A stretch of DNA of 64,000 bases from an uncultured Armatimonadetes bacterium (GCA_963716175.1 OY970296.1:2464001-2528000), one strand, 5' to 3'; positions 1 to 10,356 are shown, counted from the stretch's first letter. Notes: a model not told the origin generated them from the sequence alone. Numbers and translations are program-made.

Positions 1-537
1 ATGCTCTATCTGCTGGGACTGCCGGAGGTGCTGCGAATCAGCGGCAAGGTCTATCAGGAGACCGGGATGGACCCCGGGCGCAGGGAGAGCAGCGGCTACA
101 ATGTAGAGGAGCTGGGCCTGGGCTTCGTGAGGCTTGCTGGTGGCATCACCATGGACATGATTGAGTCCTGGGCCATCCACCTCAACGAGTTCGAGAGCAG
201 CAGCGTGGTCGGCAGCAAGGGTGGGATCAGGCTGCGCCCGTTCGGCTTCTACACCACCCAGAGCGACATCGAGATGGATTCCACCTTCGATCTCGATTCC
301 TGGGATTGGCGGGAGGGCCAGTTGCGCCCCGATCAGCATGACGCCTTCCGCTCGTCGCAGCACCACTGGATCGCGGCCTTGCAGAAGCGGGTGAAGCTGC
401 TGCCCACCGGTGAGATCGGGCTGAAGACCATGCTGGTGAGCGAGGGCATCTACCTGTCCGATCGGCTGGGGCGTGAGGTCAGCGCCGAGGAAGTGCTCAA
501 GGCCTCCAAGTCCAGCGCAGTCAAGTTCCGGCGGTAA
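1..537 (+). CDS. Gfo/Idh/MocA family oxidoreductase, C-terminal part (truncated by window edge)
   Basis: VEELGLGFVRLAGG..ESWAIH, GSKGGI and HWIAAL..LKTMLVSEGIYLS..GREV resemble the GFO_IDH_MocA C-terminal domain. Confidence 0.75.
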   Translation: MLYLLGLPEVLRISGKVYQETGMDPGRRESSGYNVEELGLGFVRLAGGITMDMIESWAIHLNEFESSSVVGSKGGIRLRPFGFYTTQSDIEMDSTFDLDSWDWREGQLRPDQHDAFRSSQHHWIAALQKRVKLLPTGEIGLKTMLVSEGIYLSDRLGREVSAEEVLKASKSSAVKFRR

Positions 538-573
538 GAGGCCATATCGCAGCCCGGGGGAGGAGTTAGAGGT

Positions 574-1815
574 ATGAGCGCGCTGGCCGCCCTGGGTGGC
601 GCCCCGGTTCGGACCAGGCCCTGGCCATCGTGGCCCGACGGCCGCGACGAGGACGTGGCGGCGGTCGCAGAGGTGGTGCGCTCCGGTAACTGGTGGTCCT
701 ATGCGGGCGACCACACCAGGCGCTTCGAGGAGGAGTTCGCCAGCTATCACCAGGCTCGATACGGCATCACGGTCAACAGTGGCACCACTGCTCTTGCCGT
801 CGCCCTGGAGGCACTGGAGGTAGGGCCGGGAGATGAGGTCATCGTCCCGGCCTATACCTTTCAGGCCACGGCCACCAGCGTGTTCCTCGCCAACGCGGTC
901 CCGATCTTCGCCGATGTTGAGCCCGGGACCATGAACCTGGACCCGGTGTCAGTCGCATCGGCGATCACGCCTCGCACGCGGGCGATCATACCCGTGCACA
1001 TCGCCGGCCTGCCGGCCGATATGGCGCGGCTGCAGGAGCTGGCCCGGGACCGCGGTTTGCTCGTCCTGGAGGATGCCGCCCAGGCTCATGGTGCCGTCTG
1101 GCAGGGCAGGAAGGTCGGCGCCATCGGCCACGCCGGGGCCTTCAGCTTCCAGGCCAGCAAGAACCTCCCGGCAGGAGAGGGCGGCATCATCCTGACCGAC
1201 GATGAAGAGATCGCGGCTCGCGCCGCCAGCCTGCGAGACTGCGGCCGCGTCGAGGGCAGGCCCTTCTACGAGCATCACCTGCTCGGCTACAATTTCCGGA
1301 TCACGGAAATGCAGACCGCGCTGCTCCGCTCCCGGCTGCGCCACCTTGAAGTGGAGACCGATCTGCGGTGGCGCAACGGCCGGCGCCTCACTGGGAAGCT
1401 GGCCGCCCTGCCCGGAATCGAGCCGCTGGATCCGGCACCCGGCCCAGGCGACCGGCGCGCCTACCACCTCTATCCGGTGCGGCTGCATTCCGGGAAGCTT
1501 GGTGGCATCAGCAGAGAGCGGTTCATGGAGGCGCTCCAGGCCGAGGGCATTCCCTGTTCGGCTGGTTACGGCCACCCGCTCTACCAGAACCCGCTTTTCC
1601 TGGAGCAGAGCTTCAGAGGGCGCGGCTGCCCTACCAGCTGCCACCACTATGCCGGCGCGGTGGACTACCGCTCGGCCTCCTGCCCGGCGACGGAGGCGCT
1701 CTGCCAGGAGGTCATCTGGCTCTTTCATAACCTGCTGCTGGGCTCGGATGCGGATGTGGATGACATCGCGCGCGCCTTCGAGAAAGTGGCCACCGGACAT
1801 CGCGAGCTGGTGTAG
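574..1815 (+). CDS. DegT/DnrJ/EryC1/StrS family PLP-dependent aminotransferase
   Basis: NSGTTAL, EDAAQAHGA and FSFQASKNLPAGEGG (PLP lysine); GGAGGAG RBS upstream. Confidence 0.92.
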   Translation: MSALAALGGAPVRTRPWPSWPDGRDEDVAAVAEVVRSGNWWSYAGDHTRRFEEEFASYHQARYGITVNSGTTALAVALEALEVGPGDEVIVPAYTFQATATSVFLANAVPIFADVEPGTMNLDPVSVASAITPRTRAIIPVHIAGLPADMARLQELARDRGLLVLEDAAQAHGAVWQGRKVGAIGHAGAFSFQASKNLPAGEGGIILTDDEEIAARAASLRDCGRVEGRPFYEHHLLGYNFRITEMQTALLRSRLRHLEVETDLRWRNGRRLTGKLAALPGIEPLDPAPGPGDRRAYHLYPVRLHSGKLGGISRERFMEALQAEGIPCSAGYGHPLYQNPLFLEQSFRGRGCPTSCHHYAGAVDYRSASCPATEALCQEVIWLFHNLLLGSDADVDDIARAFEKVATGHRELV

Positions 1816-1852
1816 CGCGGGCATCCAGCGGAATGGCTGACGAGGGGACACT

Positions 1853-2719
1853 ATGGCACAGGCAAAGGCCTTGCGGCCCATGGGTCTGCTGGAGATCGTG
1901 GACCAGACCTTTCGCCTCTATCGCAGCAACTTCTGGCTGTTCTTTGGCATCGCCGCCATCGCCTACCTTCCCTTCGTTGCCCTCCTGGCGCTATTGGTGA
2001 TCGTTGACGCCGCGCCGAGCAGCGCGCTGGCGGGAACTGCCATCATCCTACTTCTCCCGTTGCTACTCGCGGTCGTGGCACTGTGGTTGCTCATGTCAGG
2101 GGCACTTGCCAAGGCCGTCTCGGATCGCTACCTCGGATATGAAACGACCATTGCCGGCGCCTATGGTCACGTGGGGAAGCGACTCGGCCCCTTCTTCCTG
2201 ACTCTGCTGCTCACTGGCCTTTTCATCGTGAGCGGCGTCATCCTGCTCTGGGTGGGGTCCATTGTCTTCTTCTTCTGGGCCGGTTTCGTGGTCGAGGTCT
2301 TCATCATCGAGGGCAAGCGCTACTTTCGGGCCATCTGGCGCAGCCGCTTCCTGGTGGGACATGGGGTATGGGCGGAGTTGGTGGTGCTGGCGGTGATCAC
2401 GGGCCTCCTCAGTCTACCGATCCGAGCGGCCATTCTGCTGCCGGTTGCTCTGCTGGGCGCGAGCACGAGTCACGTCGGGCTAGTCTCGGTCGCGAACGCC
2501 TTTGCCAGCGCACTTGGCCTGGCCCTGGTCCTCCCCATCACAGTCGTGGCCATGATTCTCCTCTACTACGACTCGCGCATTCGCAAGGAAGGCTTCGATC
2601 TGGAGACTCTGGCGCGAGAGCTGGGCAAGGCCGCACCCGTCACTGCCTTTTCCGCCCCTGCCCCCTCGGCCGCCGCGCCGCCGGCACCGACCCAGCCCCC
2701 GGACGAGGAGCGCGTGTGA
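1853..2719 (+). CDS. Multi-pass membrane protein of the MoxR/DUF58 cluster
   Basis: LRPMGLLEIVDQTFRLYR N-terminus, about 6 TM segments, LLYYDSRIRKEGFDL C-terminal motif. Confidence 0.75.
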   Translation: MAQAKALRPMGLLEIVDQTFRLYRSNFWLFFGIAAIAYLPFVALLALLVIVDAAPSSALAGTAIILLLPLLLAVVALWLLMSGALAKAVSDRYLGYETTIAGAYGHVGKRLGPFFLTLLLTGLFIVSGVILLWVGSIVFFFWAGFVVEVFIIEGKRYFRAIWRSRFLVGHGVWAELVVLAVITGLLSLPIRAAILLPVALLGASTSHVGLVSVANAFASALGLALVLPITVVAMILLYYDSRIRKEGFDLETLARELGKAAPVTAFSAPAPSAAAPPAPTQPPDEERV

Positions 2720-3711
2720 CCCGCGTTGCCGCGCTGGCCGCCGCCGTCTTCCTCGCTTGCGGGCTCGCCGCAGCCCGGCCCCTCACTGACTCCGAGTACA
2801 GTCGCGTTCTCACCCAGGTAGCAACTCGTCTGGCGCAGGCCGGTGCCGCGCGTGACGGGGCGAGCCTGGCCCGGGCGGCCCTGGACGGACTGCCCGACCG
2901 CTGCCAAGTGCAGGCCGCGCCGAACGCACCTCCCCTGGCCGTGGACAACCGCGAGGTGCTGCGGAGGCTGCGCCGCCAAGTGGCCCAGGGACCCGACGGC
3001 GTCAGATTCGCGGCCCAAGTGGTGCAGAACCTCGCGGTAAGCTGTAGGGCAGGTCCGCGACCTGCCCCGCCCACTCACGCCCACCGCGTTCTCGCCGAGG
3101 TCCTTTCCCGTCCGGAGTTCCATCCCAGCCCACTGGCCGGCCTGCAGGTCCGCTTCTTGCGATGGATCGGCCGCGCCGTTCAGTGGGTCCTCGACACCAT
3201 CGCCAGTGTTCTCGACCGCCTGACCGGGCTGGGTCCGCGGCTGCCTCGCCGCGCCCAGCGCGCGATCCTGGTCGCCCTGCTCGTGCTCTCCGCGGGGGCA
3301 ACGCTCGTGCTGATCGCGCGGTTGGCGCTGCGGATCGCCTCCAGTAGGACAGGGCCGCGACCTGCTACTGCCGCAGGGCAGGGCCGCGACCTGCCGCCTC
3401 ACCAGCACTGGCTATCCCAGGCCGAGGCAGCGACTCGCTCGCAGGACTACCGGGCAGCGGTGCGGGCCCTGCACATGGCCGCCCTCATGAGGCTGGACGA
3501 GGCGGGCCGGATCAGCTATGTCAGCTCCCAAACCGACCGGCGGTTCGTGCGTGCATTGAAGGAACACCAGCTCGATGATCTCTCAGACTCCTTGGCCGCG
3601 CTCAACCGGCTCTTCGCCGTTGTCTGGTATGGCTTCGCGCCGGCCGGCCCGGACGAGTACCGCCTTGCGCGCGAGCATTGGAGCCGACTGGAGGCACTCA
3701 GCGCGCCATGA
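2716..3711 (+). CDS. DUF4129 domain membrane protein
   Basis: GTG overlapping the upstream TGA; signal-like N-terminus; EVLSRPEF, YRAAVRALH and F..VWYG motifs. Confidence 0.75.
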   Translation: MTRVAALAAAVFLACGLAAARPLTDSEYSRVLTQVATRLAQAGAARDGASLARAALDGLPDRCQVQAAPNAPPLAVDNREVLRRLRRQVAQGPDGVRFAAQVVQNLAVSCRAGPRPAPPTHAHRVLAEVLSRPEFHPSPLAGLQVRFLRWIGRAVQWVLDTIASVLDRLTGLGPRLPRRAQRAILVALLVLSAGATLVLIARLALRIASSRTGPRPATAAGQGRDLPPHQHWLSQAEAATRSQDYRAAVRALHMAALMRLDEAGRISYVSSQTDRRFVRALKEHQLDDLSDSLAALNRLFAVVWYGFAPAGPDEYRLAREHWSRLEALSAP

Positions 3712-4931
3712 AGCTGCCCCGCGAAGCCTGGTGGGTGGCCGGCCTGATGGTGCTCACCTTCCTGCTGCTTCTCCTGCTGACCGGGGGAGAAGCGGAGCGC
3801 GGCAGGCCGGCCGGGCCGCCTGTCCGCACCAGCTACAGCTCCGAGCCGGGCGGGCTGCGCGCCCTCTATCTCGCGCTCGATTGGCTCGGCTACGATGCCC
3901 GCCGGCTGGGCACGCCGTTCCTGCCGGGCGCTCTGCCCGAGCGGGGAACACTGCTCGTGGTCGAGCCCATGACGCTGGCAAACTCCGAGTGGCGTGCGCT
4001 CCGCAACTGGGTGGCCGAGGGCCATGCCCTGCTCGTGGCGGGCGAAGATTCCCTCCCCAACAGCGAGACCGTATTCCCGATCCCGCAGCCCGATTTCGAG
4101 ACTCTCTTCCCGGAGGTGGCCCTCACCTACGCGAGACCGGATCAGCCGACCTATCTCGCGCTCGGACTGGCGCGGCTTGCGGTCCGCTCGAGAACGCGGA
4201 TCACTCCCCCAGCAGTAGTAGGCCGGGTCCGCGACCTGCCCACCCTTGCCGTGCCCAAGCCGGCCCGCGGCATGGCGGGCGACCTGGGCTCTGCCGCCCC
4301 GCTGTTTCGCGATGAGAAAGGCACGGTGGTTGCCTACGCGGAGATTGGAAAGGGAAGCGTGATCCTGCTGACCAGCCCCTGGAGCCTGTCGAATCAGGGC
4401 ATCGAGAAGGAGGGCAACTTCACGTTCGTGTTGAACGCGCTGGAGCACGGGCCGGTCTACTTCGACGAGTACCACCACGGCTACGGTGAGAATCTGCTTT
4501 GGCGCCTGCTGCCGCTTCCGCTGAAGCTGGCTGCCGCGCAGGCGCTGTTGGGGCTGCTGGTGGTGATGTACGCGCGAAGCCGCCGCTTTGGGCCGATCAT
4601 TCCGCTGGACGAGGGAAGGAGGGAACGCAGCGAGTACCTCGGCACCATGACCGGCCTGCTTCAGAAGGGCCGCGCCGCTCATCTCGCATTGCAGACCGCC
4701 TATGACGCGGCGATGGCGCGTCTGCGCTTCGAGCTGGGCCTGCCGCACGACGCTGCGCCCGCCGAGGTGGCGCGGGCGGCCGGCCGTGTGGATGCAGCCG
4801 CAGGCGAGAAGCTCGCGGCGGCACTGGAGCAGTCCCACCGCGCGCTGGAGCTTGCCCGCGTGGGCGAAGCGCGAGCAATGTCCCTAGTCCGGCAGCTCGA
4901 TGAGGCCGTGCAATCAGTGCGCCAGCTCTAA
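3708..4931 (+). CDS. DUF4350 domain protein
   Basis: ATGA overlap; TSYSSEPGGLRAL, WVAEG, VYFDEYHHG and RRFGP motifs. Confidence 0.8.
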   Translation: MKLPREAWWVAGLMVLTFLLLLLLTGGEAERGRPAGPPVRTSYSSEPGGLRALYLALDWLGYDARRLGTPFLPGALPERGTLLVVEPMTLANSEWRALRNWVAEGHALLVAGEDSLPNSETVFPIPQPDFETLFPEVALTYARPDQPTYLALGLARLAVRSRTRITPPAVVGRVRDLPTLAVPKPARGMAGDLGSAAPLFRDEKGTVVAYAEIGKGSVILLTSPWSLSNQGIEKEGNFTFVLNALEHGPVYFDEYHHGYGENLLWRLLPLPLKLAAAQALLGLLVVMYARSRRFGPIIPLDEGRRERSEYLGTMTGLLQKGRAAHLALQTAYDAAMARLRFELGLPHDAAPAEVARAAGRVDAAAGEKLAAALEQSHRALELARVGEARAMSLVRQLDEAVQSVRQL

Positions 4932-4936
4932 CCCCT

Positions 4937-4962
4937 GTGGGGCGGGCCTTCCCGCGCCCGCC
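4937..4962 (+). repeat. REP-like GTGG + hairpin
   Basis: GTGG-GGCGGGC-cttcccgc-GCCCGCC directly after a stop codon. Confidence 0.4.
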
Positions 4963-5043
4963 GGGCGCTGGCAGTTGCTGGTAGAAGCGGGGCAGGCCCG
5001 TGGCCTGCCCCTCGGAATGTTGCCTGAAATGAGGGAAGCGACC

Positions 5044-5991
5044 ATGACCATACAGGACTTGATGGCAGCAGTGAGGGCCGAGGTGGGCAAGGTAGTGCTC
5101 GGCCAGGAGGGGGTGGTGACGCAACTGGCGACCGCGCTGCTGGCGCGCGGCCACGTGCTGGTGGAAGGCGTCCCGGGCGTGGCCAAGACGCTCTTGGGGA
5201 GGGCCCTGGCGCGGTGCATCAGCGCCCAGTTCAAGCGGGTCCAGTGCACCCCGGATCTCATGCCGGCCGACATCACCGGCACCAATGTCTTCGACAGCCA
5301 GGCGCGCACCTTCCGGCTGATGAAGGGCCCCGTGTTCACCAATGTGCTGCTCGTGGATGAGATCAACCGCACCCCGCCCAAGACCCAGTCTGCGCTGCTG
5401 CAGGCGATGCAGGAGCGATGCGTCACCATAGATGGCGTTGACCATCCGTTGGAGGGCATCTTCTTCGTGATGGCCACCCAGAATCCCATCGAGTACGAGG
5501 GAACATATCCGCTGCCGGAGGCCCAGCTCGATCGCTTCCTGATGAAGGTAGACGTCCGCTACCCGGAGCGAGCAGCCGAGGAGAACATCCTGCGGCTGCA
5601 CCTGCAGGGGAAGGACCCCCAGGACCTGGAGGCGGCCGGCGTGCGCCCGGTGATCGGGCTCTCGGAACTCCAGGTCGCCGAGCAAGAGCTGTCGCGCCAG
5701 ATCGTGCGAGATGAGATGGTGGCCTACATCGCCGAGCTGGCAGGGCGCACCCGGGAATCGCCTCACACCTTGCTGGGCGCCAGCCCGCGGGCCGCGGTGG
5801 CCCTGCTGCGCTGCGCCCAGATCCGGGCCGCGGCCCAGGGGCGAGATTTCGTGGAGCCCGATGACGTCCAGGACATGGCCCCGCCGGTGCTGCGCCATCG
5901 CATCATCCTGAAGCCGGAGGCCGAGGTCGAAGGACTCAGCGTGGAGCGGCTGGTGGAAAGTGTCATCTCAGCAGTCCCCGTCCCTCGCTAG
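5044..5991 (+). CDS. moxR: MoxR family AAA+ ATPase
   Basis: Walker A EGVPGVAKT, TPDLMPADITG, Walker B LLVDEINR, ATQNPIEYEGTYPLPEAQLDRF. Confidence 0.95.
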   Translation: MTIQDLMAAVRAEVGKVVLGQEGVVTQLATALLARGHVLVEGVPGVAKTLLGRALARCISAQFKRVQCTPDLMPADITGTNVFDSQARTFRLMKGPVFTNVLLVDEINRTPPKTQSALLQAMQERCVTIDGVDHPLEGIFFVMATQNPIEYEGTYPLPEAQLDRFLMKVDVRYPERAAEENILRLHLQGKDPQDLEAAGVRPVIGLSELQVAEQELSRQIVRDEMVAYIAELAGRTRESPHTLLGASPRAAVALLRCAQIRAAAQGRDFVEPDDVQDMAPPVLRHRIILKPEAEVEGLSVERLVESVISAVPVPR

Positions 5992-7330
5992 CGAACGCGC
6001 GGCGCGCGAGCGCGTCTCTGGGTCCTGGCTGCCCAGCGCGCGGCTGGGCGCGGCAGTGGCCTTGGGGGCGCTCTGGCTTGCGCTGGGCGCGGCCTGGGCG
6101 CCGCTGATGTGGCTGGGCGCGCCGTGGTGGGCGGCATTGGTGGGTGTGGCGCTGGCCGAGGTGCGCGCCTTGCGCCAGGCGGGGCACGTGAGCGCGCAGC
6201 GGCCGCTGGAGCCGGTGCTATCGGTGGGAGCGGCGAACCCGGTCCCGACCGTGCTGAGGAACCGGGCGCGGTATTCCTATCAGTGCTTGCTGCGCGACGA
6301 GCCGCCCCTCGGTTTCGCCGTCAGCTCTCGCCGTCTGCGCTGTCTGCTGCCCGCGGCCGGAGAGGTGAGTGTGAGCTATGGCGTCACCCCGCCGCGCCGC
6401 GGCGACTTCGACTTCGGCGGCCTCAACCTGCGTCTCACCAGCGGGCTCGGGCTGATCGTGCGCCAGGTCCGATTCGACTTGGCCACTTCCGTCCGGGTCT
6501 ATCCCAACCTGGCCGGCATCCGGTCCCACGAGATGGCCGCCAGGAAGCACCGGCTGGTTGACATCGGAGTGCACCCCTCACGCCTCAGGGGCACGGGGCT
6601 GGAATTCGAATCCCTGCGCGCCTACGTGCCAGGGGATGAGCTGCGGCGCATAGACTGGAAGGCCACCGCCCGCCACGACGAGCCGATCACCCGCGAGTAT
6701 GACATCGAGCGCAGCCAGCACATCATCTTGTGTCTGGACCTGGGCCGCACCATGGCCAGCCAACTGGGGGCGCTCACCAAAGCCGATCACGCCGTCAACG
6801 CCGCGGCCTTGCTCGCCCACGTCGCGGCCCGGGTGGGAGACTGGGTGGGGCTCTACGCCTTCTCCCAGGAACCGATGATCTTCGTCCCCCCGCGCAAGCA
6901 CCAGTTCTCACTGGTGCTGGACTCTCTCTATGGCCTTCAGCCTCGGTCGGCGGAGAGCGATTACTACCGCGGCTTCCTCTACGCCGCGCAGCGCATGCGG
7001 AAGCGGGCCCTGATCGTGCTCTTCACCGACCTTCTGGACCCCGATTCCTCGGCCCGCCTGCTGACCTATGTCAGCCTGCTGACCAGACGTCACCTGGTGT
7101 TGTGCGCGGCCCTGAGCGACTACGAGCTCTACCGCCTGGTGGAGCAGTCACCGGCGCAACCCCGCGATCTCTACCAGCGCACCGTGGCCACTTCGCTGCT
7201 GGCCGACCGGCAGCGCGCCCTTTCCGCCCTGCGCCAGCGGGGCGCCATCGCGCTGGATGCAACCCCCGCGGATCTCTCCGTGGCCGTGCTCAATCGCTAC
7301 CTCGCGATCAAGGAGCGAGCGCGCCTGTAG
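5960..7330 (+). CDS. DUF58 (vWA-like) protein; start uncertain
   Basis: VYPN, GTGLEFESLRAYVPGDELRRIDWKATAR, LDLGRTM. Confidence 0.9.
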   Translation: MSSQQSPSLASERAARERVSGSWLPSARLGAAVALGALWLALGAAWAPLMWLGAPWWAALVGVALAEVRALRQAGHVSAQRPLEPVLSVGAANPVPTVLRNRARYSYQCLLRDEPPLGFAVSSRRLRCLLPAAGEVSVSYGVTPPRRGDFDFGGLNLRLTSGLGLIVRQVRFDLATSVRVYPNLAGIRSHEMAARKHRLVDIGVHPSRLRGTGLEFESLRAYVPGDELRRIDWKATARHDEPITREYDIERSQHIILCLDLGRTMASQLGALTKADHAVNAAALLAHVAARVGDWVGLYAFSQEPMIFVPPRKHQFSLVLDSLYGLQPRSAESDYYRGFLYAAQRMRKRALIVLFTDLLDPDSSARLLTYVSLLTRRHLVLCAALSDYELYRLVEQSPAQPRDLYQRTVATSLLADRQRALSALRQRGAIALDATPADLSVAVLNRYLAIKERARL

Positions 7331-7339
7331 CGCGGGCAC

Positions 7340-8290
7340 GCGGGTCGTGATCCGCGCCTCGCGGCGCCGACCACAAACCCACACCACTGGCCTGGCCGGC
7401 CCCTTCCCAGTGGCGCGGGTTTGCCGCGAGGGCAGCGAGCGACAACCTGCGCAGCCCGCCTGAGGCGGGCTCTATCCCCCTTTCAATCTCCTCAACTCCT
7501 CCTTCCCCGGGCACCAGAACCACTCATACCCCCACCCGTCCTCAACCAGTCCCTTCCGCTGCGCATTGTCAAGGATATAGCCGGCCTTCTCATCGAACTC
7601 GGCCTGACTGCGCACCATGCGATCCATTCTCTCCGACTGCCACAATCGGCCTCGCCGCCCCCGGAGCCGGTTGATCTCCCAGGCCGTTGTCCGCTTCACA
7701 CTATGCAGCAACCCGCGCAGCGGGTACCAGACTCCCGAGGACTTCTCCAATGGCCGAGCCAGTATGTGGACATGGTCCGGCATCACGGTGAGCGCATAGA
7801 CGAACCATCTCTTGTCGTGCCAGAACAGGATGGTCCGCATGATAATATGTCGCTCCTGCGGAGCGAACGCCCGCCACACGGCCGGCGGGCAAGCGGGTTG
7901 CGGCGCAACGCCTGACGGCGGTCGCCGCAAACCCACGCCACTGGAGGCGGGATAAGTGCCGTGCAGCCGGCAGGTGATGAAGTACGTGGAGCCGCCGACC
8001 TCCCAGTGGGGGAGATGGCGCCGGTAGATGGTGAGTTCATCTGTGACTCCTGACTCGTCGCCTCGCTCGTCGGAATCGGGCATCGCTGTTCTCACTGTCG
8101 GCCTGCTGGGTTCTGGGAAAGGATCTGCTTCCATGGTGAACCCTTGCTCTCCCTCCAGAAGAACAGGACCCCTCCAACCAGTGGCGCGGGTTTGTCGCGA
8201 GGGCAGCGAGCGACAACCTGCGAAGGCGCGGGCCGGGGACGCGGGTTGCGGCGCAACGCCTGACGGCGCGGACCACAAACCCGCGTCACT
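7340..8290. repeat. Cluster of five related REP-like palindromes around and inside the RAYT gene
   Basis: Core AGTGRYGYGGGTTTG...CRACCYGC at 7340-7389(-), 7407-7451(+), 7893-7944(-), 8178-8222(+), 8240-8290(-); the two + copies match at 44/45 nt. Confidence 0.85.
7472..8134 (-). mobile_element. REP-associated tyrosine transposase (RAYT, Y1 HUH, IS200-like); start 8134 or 8083
   Basis: YRRHLPHW..TYFIT, HUH motif VMPDHVH, SVKR, LWQSE..DR, catalytic YILDN; flanked by REPs. Confidence 0.88.
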
Positions 8291-9254
8291 ATGATACTGC
8301 GCGGCCCGCGAGCAACACGTACCACCAGAACCCGAGTGCCAGCGCCAGTGCCGCCGCGAGCTTCATCGAGGGCAGTACTGGCGCGGGCGAGAACAATCCC
8401 TCCACCATACCGGCCACGGCCAGGAACACCACTACCCCCAGCATCATCACCGCCGCCTGCCGGCCTGCCAGGCGGAGCGCGTCGACCCTGGTGTGATCGC
8501 CCGGCGCGATCACCGCCAGCCCCAGCAGCAGCCCGGCAGCCGCGGAGATGATGATGGAAGGGAGTTCGATCACGCCATGGGGCGCGACGAAGGACCAGAA
8601 GTAGATCGCCGCGTCGGTCCGACTGATGCCGGCGGCCAGCGCTCCTAACATCAGGCCGTTGTAGGCCAGCACCACGACCGTCCCCAGGCAAAGCAGGATA
8701 CCGGTGGAGAAGGCGAGGAACGAGATCTGCACATTGTTGGTTATGATCAGGGAGGAGGCGACCGGACGGAAATCGGCCGGCAGCCAGTTCCTCCCGCCGC
8801 GGTGGCGCGCCGCCAGAGAGTCAATGGCAGAGGCGATCCCGGGATCGAGCAGCTCCAGGAAGTCCGGCCGCAGCAGCGTTACCAGCGCGCCGATCAGCGC
8901 CGCGCTCAGGAAGATGGCGGCGGCCAGCGCGATCAACCGGCCCTGTCGACGCAGACCCTGCGGCAGCTCCCTGCGGAAGAACCTGACCACGCCCGCCCAC
9001 CCCGCTGACTCCGACACGTAGAGCAGCCCGTAGGCCCTCCCCACCAACCAGTTGAGCTGCTCCAACTCCGCCGCGTTCAGGCCCGAGGTGCGAGCGTGCG
9101 AGAGCTCTGAGGCCATCCTCCGGTAGAGCCGACCGAACTCCAGCAGTTCCTCCTCGGTCAGAGTCCGCAGGCCGTGCACCCGAGACGCCCGCGCCACCAG
9201 CTCCTGCAGACGCGCTCTCGACGGGTGTCCCGCGGCCGCGGAAGGCTGCGCCAC
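8289..9254 (-). CDS. Stage II sporulation protein M (SpoIIM) family membrane protein
   Basis: LYRRMASELS..R, IITNNVQISFLAF, PHGVIEL and AGMVEG motifs. Confidence 0.88.
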   Translation of the reverse strand: MAQPSAAAGHPSRARLQELVARASRVHGLRTLTEEELLEFGRLYRRMASELSHARTSGLNAAELEQLNWLVGRAYGLLYVSESAGWAGVVRFFRRELPQGLRRQGRLIALAAAIFLSAALIGALVTLLRPDFLELLDPGIASAIDSLAARHRGGRNWLPADFRPVASSLIITNNVQISFLAFSTGILLCLGTVVVLAYNGLMLGALAAGISRTDAAIYFWSFVAPHGVIELPSIIISAAAGLLLGLAVIAPGDHTRVDALRLAGRQAAVMMLGVVVFLAVAGMVEGLFSPAPVLPSMKLAAALALALGFWWYVLLAGRAVS

Positions 9255-9345
9255 CGCTCTACCTTGACAAGCCTTGCTGGTTAGGAGAGGATTGCATCTT
9301 GCGCGGCCCTGCACCCGGCCGAGGGGTGATGCAACTGGTGATGCC

Positions 9346-10147
9346 ATGAGCCTCGACGAGACCAAGACCGTGATCACACCCGAGCAGGTGGCTATCACCT
9401 ACACCCTGGCCGGTCTTGGGACGCGCTTCGGCGCGATCTGCCTGGATACCTTCGTGCAACTGGCGCTGCTGGGCCTGCTCTTCTACCTCCTGGCTCAGCT
9501 CGCGCGCTTCGATCTGATCACACGCCTGGACGTCGCGGGCGCCAATGCCCCGGCCTGGCTGCTCGCGGTGCTCGTGATCGGCTTCTTCGGTCTCATCTGG
9601 GGCTACTTCATCTTCTGGGAGACGGTCTGGAGCGGCCGCACCCCTGGCAAGCGGCTTACCGGCATCCGGGTGCTGCGGAGATGGCGGCTACCCCTTAGAC
9701 TTCCGCGCCGCCTTTGTGCGCAATATCTCCCGCTACGTGGACTTCCTGCCTTTCGCCTATGGGGTGGGAGCGGTGACCATGTTCCTCAGCCGGGACTCCA
9801 AACGGCTGGGGGATTACGCGGCCGGCACCGTGGTGGTGGTGGACGCCGGGCGGCCGCCCCCGCCGCTCTCTCAGGCCGCGACGGAGCCAGAGAGCTACCG
9901 CCTGCTGGGTGACCCGTCGCTGCTGAACCTGCGTGCGCTCAGCCGAGAGCAGTTCGCAGTGGTGGAGCGCTTCCTCGCTCGCCGCAACGAGTTATCCGAG
10001 CCAGTGCGTATGAAGCTGGCCAAGGAGATCGCGGTCCCTTTGCTGGGGGTGATTGGCATGGACCCTCCGGCTGACCCCGCCTTCCCTTACGACCTCTTCC
10101 TGGCCGAGCTGGCCTCGGCCTACCGCGAGCTGATGAACCGTTTCTAG
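9346..10147 (+). pseudogene. RDD family protein split by a frameshift near 9679 (or assembly error)
   Basis: ITPEQV..LAGLGTRFGA..D and GRTPGKRLTGIRV in one frame; removing one A restores DGGYPLDFRAAFVRN..KRLGDYAAGT. Confidence 0.85.
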
Positions 10148-10195
10148 CCCTGGCCAGCTCCTCGCGTGACATCACCTCGGGGCTTGGGCTTCGTA

Positions 10196-10356
10196 GCCCG
10201 CCGAAGGCAGGCGAGGTAGGCTCCGGTAGGCTTGCCCGCCGGCCGTGTGGTGGGTTCGACATCTTCTCGCTCCTCGCCTGAGGCGGGCAAGCCTCGCCAG
10301 TCATCACGACCCAGACTTGGTGTGCGAGGGGGTCTGCTGACCGCGCCAGAGGCGGG
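10196..10356. repeat. Intergenic cluster of short GC-rich palindromes
   Basis: GCCCGCCGAAGGCAGG (10196), 24-mer copy (10231-10254), CTCGCCTGAGGCGGG (10273), CGCCAGAGGCGGG (10344). Confidence 0.6.

Noticed and set aside
7340-8290. CRISPR array
   Set aside because: Repeats alternate in orientation, spacing is irregular and no cas gene is present; REP architecture fits better. No CRISPR array was seen elsewhere in the window.
9264-9292. Sigma70 promoter for the RDD gene
   Set aside because: A perfect TTGACA is present, but the -10 at 17-nt spacing (GAGGAT) is poor.
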